This document shows, one piece after another, positions 6,621 to 10,598 of a stretch of 10,598 bases of DNA. Position 1 is the stretch's first letter. Every line of letters begins with the position of its first letter. A program made the translations under genes and the position numbers. A model generated the notes under the pieces. That model saw only the letters and a list, made by a program, of their open reading frames with translations. It had not been told where the DNA came from and ran no database searches. Origin of the DNA: Armatimonadota bacterium (GTDB lineage Bacteria > Armatimonadota > UBA5829 > DTLH01); NCBI GenBank assembly GCA_039679675.1, contig JBDKUN010000045.1, positions 1 to 10,598 of the forward strand, given 5' to 3'.

Positions 6621-9071
6621 TTGAGCACAATAGCACGAGAGATAATCCCTGTTAACATCGAAGACGAGATGACGGGTTCATACGTTCGTTATGCAATGAG
6701 CGTAAACATTGCTCGAGCGATTCCGGACGTAAGAGATGGACTGAAACCATCTCAGCGGCGTGTACTCGTCGCAATGAACGACCTTCACCTCACTCCGAAC
6801 GCACAGCATAGAAAATCCGCCAAGATCGCCGGTGACACTTCTGGTAACTATCATCCACATGGTGAACAGGTCATCTACCCGACGATGGTCAGGATGGCGC
6901 AGACATTCAATATGCGTTATCCGCTGATCGACGGCCAGGGGAACATGGGGTCGATTGACGGTGACTCGCCTGCTGCTATGCGTTATACGGAGATGCGTCT
7001 TTCTCAGTTCGCCATGGAGATGCTGGAGGACCTGGATAAAGATACGGTCGACTGGATGCCCAACTACGACCAGACCCGAAACGAGCCGACGATTCTTCCG
7101 GGCAAGTTCCCGAACTTGCTCGCAAACGGTTCGGCGGGTATCGGCGTCGCAATGGCAGCGAACATTCCGCCTCACAATCTCTCAGAGCTGGTTGACGGCA
7201 TAACTCACTTGATCGACCACCCGGATTCAACGGCATCCGACCTGATGAATTATATCAAGGGGCCGGACTTCCCGACTGCGGGACTTATTCTGGGAACGCG
7301 CGGAATCCGCTCCGCATACGAGACCGGCACAGGATCGGTGATAATGCAGGCTCAGGTCCAGATAGAGCCGCAGGAGAATGGTAAAAACGCCATCGTCATT
7401 ACCGAGCTTCCATACCAGGTAAACAAGAAGAGACTTCAGGAGCACATCGCAGGCTTGGTGCGTGCGAAGAAGCTGGACGGCATTTCGGCCATAGACGACT
7501 ACTCGGACAGGACCGGAATGAAGGTCGTGATCGAGCTGAAGAGAGACGCCCACCCGAAGAGGGTGCTGAACTTCCTTCTGAAGCACACAGCGCTCCGGCA
7601 GACCTTCGGAATCATCATGCTTTCCCTGGCTGACGGCCAGCCGAAGATTCTCAACCTGCAGCAGATGCTGCAGGAGTTCATCGACCACCGGTTCGAGATC
7701 GTAACCCGCCGCTCCCGCTACGAGCTTGAGAGAGCACGGCACCGGGCGCATATTCTGGAAGGTTTGCGGATCGCAGTCGATGTGCTGGACGAGCTCATCA
7801 AGCTGATCAGAGCATCGAAGAACAGCGAAGCCGCCCGGACGGAGATGATGGCGCGGTTCGCTCTTACCTACATCCAGGCGGAAGCGATCCTTGCCATGCA
7901 GCTGAGACAGCTCACAGCTCTTGAGCGGGAGAAGGTCGAGTCCGAGTATAAAGAGCTGCTGAAACGCATTGCTTACTACGAAGACCTGCTTTCTGACAGA
8001 CTGAAAATCCTTGGCGTCATCAAGAACGAGATGAAGACCCTCAAAGACAAGCTCGGTGACGAGAGAAGGACCAGGATCATTCAGTTGGAAGCCGAAGAGA
8101 TCGGCGATGAAGAGCTGATTCCTGACGAAGAGACAATCATCACGATTACACGTGATGGTTATATAAAACGAGTGCCGATAGACACCTATCGCAGCCAGAA
8201 GCGCGGCGGCAAGGGGATAATCGGAGCAAATACCAAGGAAGAGGACAACGTCAAGCAGCTATTCTTAGCTACGACGCATCATTACATCCTCTTTTTCACG
8301 AATAGAGGCCGGGTCTACCGGCTGAAGGCGTATGAAGTCCCTCAGACGAGCAGGCAGGCGATGGGAACAGCCATCATCAACCTGATCTCGATAGAGCCGG
8401 GAGACACCATAACAGCGACACTGCCTGTAAAGGTGATGGACGGCGAAGGTTCTCTCGTCATGGCGACTGAGATGGGCGAAGTGAAGAAGACATCGCTCCA
8501 GGAGTTCCACAACCTGAGATCGAACGGGCTCAGAGCGTTCGATCTTGAAGAAGGCGATGAACTCAAGTGGGTCAGCATTACTCGCGGGAATGACGAGATC
8601 ATCCTCGTCACGCGAAACGGTATGTCGATCCGCTTCCATGAGTCGAACCTGAGGTCTGCTGGCCGCGCGGCTGGTGGAGTCCGTGGTATCCATCTGGTTG
8701 ATGATGACAAGGTCGTCGGAATGACGCTGGTCCGGCCGAAGTGCGAGCTTCTGGTAGCAACGGAGCTTGGATTCGGCAAGCGGACGACGGTGGACAGCTA
8801 CCGCAAGCAGACAAGAGGCGGCAAAGGGCTGATCACGATGAAGCTGACCGAGAAGACCGGCAAGATAGTAGATGTGGCGGTGGTGGATGAGACCGATAAG
8901 GTGATCACCATTACCTCCCACGGTATAGTTATGAAGTGTCCCGTAAAGGAGATACGCTCCTGCGGGCGAAGCACTCAGGGAGTTAAGCTGATAAACCTGG
9001 TCGATTGGGACCGGGTGGCAAGCATAGCCCGCATTCCGAAGACGGATAAGCCTGAGGAAGAAGGACAGTAG
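6621..9071 (+). CDS. gyrA: DNA gyrase subunit A
   Basis: ARAIPDVRDGLKPSQRR, YHPHG, catalytic AAMRYTE, PGKFPNLLANG, GPDFPT, ITELPYQVNK, canonical GyrA-box QKRGGKG (8196-8216), beta-pinwheel CTD and acidic tail. Likely start TTG 6621 after GAGAGGA (6604-6610); the ORF track starts at GTG 6588. Confidence 0.97.
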   Translation: MSTIAREIIPVNIEDEMTGSYVRYAMSVNIARAIPDVRDGLKPSQRRVLVAMNDLHLTPNAQHRKSAKIAGDTSGNYHPHGEQVIYPTMVRMAQTFNMRYPLIDGQGNMGSIDGDSPAAMRYTEMRLSQFAMEMLEDLDKDTVDWMPNYDQTRNEPTILPGKFPNLLANGSAGIGVAMAANIPPHNLSELVDGITHLIDHPDSTASDLMNYIKGPDFPTAGLILGTRGIRSAYETGTGSVIMQAQVQIEPQENGKNAIVITELPYQVNKKRLQEHIAGLVRAKKLDGISAIDDYSDRTGMKVVIELKRDAHPKRVLNFLLKHTALRQTFGIIMLSLADGQPKILNLQQMLQEFIDHRFEIVTRRSRYELERARHRAHILEGLRIAVDVLDELIKLIRASKNSEAARTEMMARFALTYIQAEAILAMQLRQLTALEREKVESEYKELLKRIAYYEDLLSDRLKILGVIKNEMKTLKDKLGDERRTRIIQLEAEEIGDEELIPDEETIITITRDGYIKRVPIDTYRSQKRGGKGIIGANTKEEDNVKQLFLATTHHYILFFTNRGRVYRLKAYEVPQTSRQAMGTAIINLISIEPGDTITATLPVKVMDGEGSLVMATEMGEVKKTSLQEFHNLRSNGLRAFDLEEGDELKWVSITRGNDEIILVTRNGMSIRFHESNLRSAGRAAGGVRGIHLVDDDKVVGMTLVRPKCELLVATELGFGKRTTVDSYRKQTRGGKGLITMKLTEKTGKIVDVAVVDETDKVITITSHGIVMKCPVKEIRSCGRSTQGVKLINLVDWDRVASIARIPKTDKPEEEGQ

Positions 9072-9084
9072 AGTTAAGAAAACG

Positions 9085-9114
9085 AAGGGGCGGCCAACTG
9101 GCCGCCCCTTTTTT
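9085..9114 (+). terminator. Rho-independent terminator of gyrA
   Basis: AAGGGGCGGCC-AACT-GGCCGCCCCTT followed by TTTT, 13 nt after the stop. Confidence 0.93.
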
Positions 9115-9161
9115 ATGTACGGCCTGTGTTTTCCAAAGTGTTGAAGGAATTGTCTGGTCAT

Positions 9162-9183
9162 ACGTCTAACAATATTTAGACGT
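9162..9183. promoter_or_regulatory. Operator-like palindrome upstream of the 9219 gene
   Basis: ACGTCTAA-CAATAT-TTAGACGT, a perfect 8-6-8 inverted repeat. Confidence 0.45.
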
Positions 9184-9218
9184 TACCCTGCTAATTTAAT
9201 GAAGGAGTCCGGGCAAAA

Positions 9219-9761
9219 ATGGAAAGAATAGAGCTTCATACGAATCTGAGTGTGGATGAATCGCTGATGCGGCTTAAAAACTCGGTGCTTACACCGGCAG
9301 CTGCCCTATTCACCATAACTTCAATGTTGAGTGGGAATAACTCGGATATAATCGGGAAGATCAATGGGCGGAAAATTCAGCTAAAAAAACGCAGATACAG
9401 CCGCTACAACGCCTATTTTGCTATGGTGTTTTACGGTGAATTAATTGAAGATCCGAGCGGGTATGGGACCAGGATAATAGGCAAATTCGACATGGCTACG
9501 TACTCGAAGATTCTCCTGCCGTTTTTTTGCGTACTTGGCGTGCTTGGCTGGTTGCTGATTATGGCCGTGCAGATAAATTTCGGCCGGGCTTCGGGAAATA
9601 TAGTTGGCCGGTACTTAATCCTTATGCCGATTGCGTTGGTGGGCTATTATTTACTGCAGGTAGCGCTCTACCGGTGGATTGGAAAAGACGATAAAGACAG
9701 TATTCTGGAGCACCTCAGAGTGACACTAGGCACCACCAACATAAGTGCTCCGATTCCCTAG
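9219..9761 (+). CDS. Hypothetical membrane protein (soluble N-terminal domain plus two C-terminal TM helices)
   Basis: AAGGAG RBS at 9202-9207; 180-aa ORF; hydrophobic segments ILLPFFCVLGVLGWLLIMAV and YLILMPIALVGYYLLQVALY. Confidence 0.75.
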   Translation: MERIELHTNLSVDESLMRLKNSVLTPAAALFTITSMLSGNNSDIIGKINGRKIQLKKRRYSRYNAYFAMVFYGELIEDPSGYGTRIIGKFDMATYSKILLPFFCVLGVLGWLLIMAVQINFGRASGNIVGRYLILMPIALVGYYLLQVALYRWIGKDDKDSILEHLRVTLGTTNISAPIP

Positions 9762-9794
9762 AACTATATTTTTGCAGAAAGGTGCCTTTGACTC

Positions 9795-10334
9795 GTGAAT
9801 TCTGACCAATACCAGCTCATCCTACTGAGAGATGAGCATTTAGCGGAGCTGTACAGGTGGAATGCTGCTGAAAAGCACATGGAGTTCTATACCTGTCGGC
9901 CCGTATCAGTGAAGCTCACGGAAAGCGCGTACATAGACAAGATGAGGCGCGCTATCTCAAGTACCACCGGGTCGTATTATGTATTGGTGGCAGATAATCA
10001 CGCCATGCCCCTGGGGAAGATCAGATCGTTCGACTATAACCCAAGAAACCGCAGCGCCGAGTTCGGATATTATATGCCGGAGCAGAACAGAGGGAACGGT
10101 TTAGGGAGCATTATGCTGCCTAAGTTCCTGGAAGTATCATTTACGGACGAAAAATACGGGCTGAACAAGCTCTATGCGACTACATCATCGAACAACACCG
10201 CTTCCGTCAGGTTGTTAGAGAAATACGGTTTCAAATTGGACGGAAGGCATAGAGAGCACTACTGGATCGATGGAAACCGCTATGATCAGCTTGTATATTC
10301 TATTTTGAGGTCGGAGTGGAAATGCCAAAAATAG
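9795..10334 (+). CDS. GNAT N-acetyltransferase, RimJ/RimL (Acetyltransf_3) type
   Basis: RNRSAEFGYY, acetyl-CoA loop NRGNGLGS, LNKLYA, NTASVRLLEKYGFKLDG, REHYWIDGNRYDQLVYSILRSEW. GTG start with AAGGTG RBS. Confidence 0.93.
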   Translation: MNSDQYQLILLRDEHLAELYRWNAAEKHMEFYTCRPVSVKLTESAYIDKMRRAISSTTGSYYVLVADNHAMPLGKIRSFDYNPRNRSAEFGYYMPEQNRGNGLGSIMLPKFLEVSFTDEKYGLNKLYATTSSNNTASVRLLEKYGFKLDGRHREHYWIDGNRYDQLVYSILRSEWKCQK

Positions 10335-10385
10335 AGCTTCGCATTCGATGGAGCAGATAATCCGTTTCTATTCATCTGGTCGAAT

Positions 10386-10419
10386 CGCGAAGTGCGCGAA
10401 GAAGCACGAAAAACGCGAA
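10386..10419 (+). repeat. Short tandem C(G/A)CGAA repeat, 4 copies
   Basis: CGCGAA at 10386, CGCGAA at 10395, CACGAA at 10405, CGCGAA at 10414 (period 9/10/9). Confidence 0.6.
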
Positions 10420-10440
10420 AGTGGGATTAGTGGAGACTCG

Positions 10441-10470
10441 TGCTTCGGGACGAACTGCGGTCCCGAAGCA
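10441..10470. repeat. Perfect 11-bp GC-rich inverted repeat (REP-like or terminator-like)
   Basis: TGCTTCGGGAC-GAACTGCG-GTCCCGAAGCA. Confidence 0.65.
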
Positions 10471-10485
10471 TACTAATTGAAAAAG

Positions 10486-10598
10486 GTAAACCCCCGGCTA
10501 TGCCGGGGAGACTCCCAGAGTTTGACATATACAGGAGTCGTCCATCATTCTTTTTCAGGAACCGCACAAAGTTTCTGAAAAGGAGGAAAAATGGACGA
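10486..10598 (+). mobile_element. IS200/IS605-family element, left end (truncated by window edge)
   Basis: Subterminal hairpin CCCCGGC-TAT-GCCGGGG (10492-10508), stem GACTCC/GGAGTC enclosing TTGACA, and a long hairpin occluding AGGAGG and ATG. This is the known IS200 left-end layout; exact left boundary approximate. Confidence 0.75.
10591..10598 (+). CDS. tnpA: Start of probable IS200-type Y1 transposase (only M-D-[D/E] visible)
   Basis: AGGAGG at 10581-10586, then ATGGACGA. Identity is inferred from the left-end architecture, not from protein sequence. Confidence 0.55.

Noticed and set aside
6621..9071. ParC assignment, or an intein in GyrA
   Set aside because: The canonical GyrA-box and full CTD indicate GyrA. 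The sequence after catalytic AAMRY continues directly as TEMRL and the length is normal, so there is no intein.
8265..9161. 298-aa minus-strand ORF and other ORFs overlapping gyrA
   Set aside because: Antisense or alternate-frame shadows of a conserved gene; this one also crosses the gyrA terminator.
10386..10470. CRISPR array or integron attC site
   Set aside because: The repeats are 6-mers without spacers, and no RYYYAAC/GTTRRRY core pair flanks the hairpin.
1..10598. Composite transposon carrying gyrA between the two IS ends
   Set aside because: The ends belong to different families with different chemistry (DDE IS3 vs HUH IS200). More simply, these are independent insertions, and probably assembly breaks at repeats.

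Overview
Bacterial chromosomal segment, tentatively Armatimonadota-like (my impression only), with an insertion-sequence left end at each edge. Left edge: an IS3-family left end and the start of orfA, reading outward on the - strand. Right edge: an IS200/IS605-family left end and the first codons of tnpA, reading outward on the + strand. Between them, in order: a coupled GT4 glycosyltransferase + 753-aa polytopic membrane protein pair; a convergent secreted Pro/Thr-rich protein with an internally duplicated helical domain; a divergent membrane-anchored calcineurin-like metallophosphoesterase; a stand-alone gyrA with a near-consensus promoter, DnaA box and strong terminator; a small membrane protein; and a RimJ/RimL-type GNAT acetyltransferase. 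I see no complete, clearly novel system. The best leads are the GT4/membrane-protein module with an apparently inactive alkaline-phosphatase-like domain, the gyrA regulatory architecture and non-canonical QRDR, a palindromic motif shared by two intergenic regions, and heavily structured UTRs flanking the secreted repeat protein.
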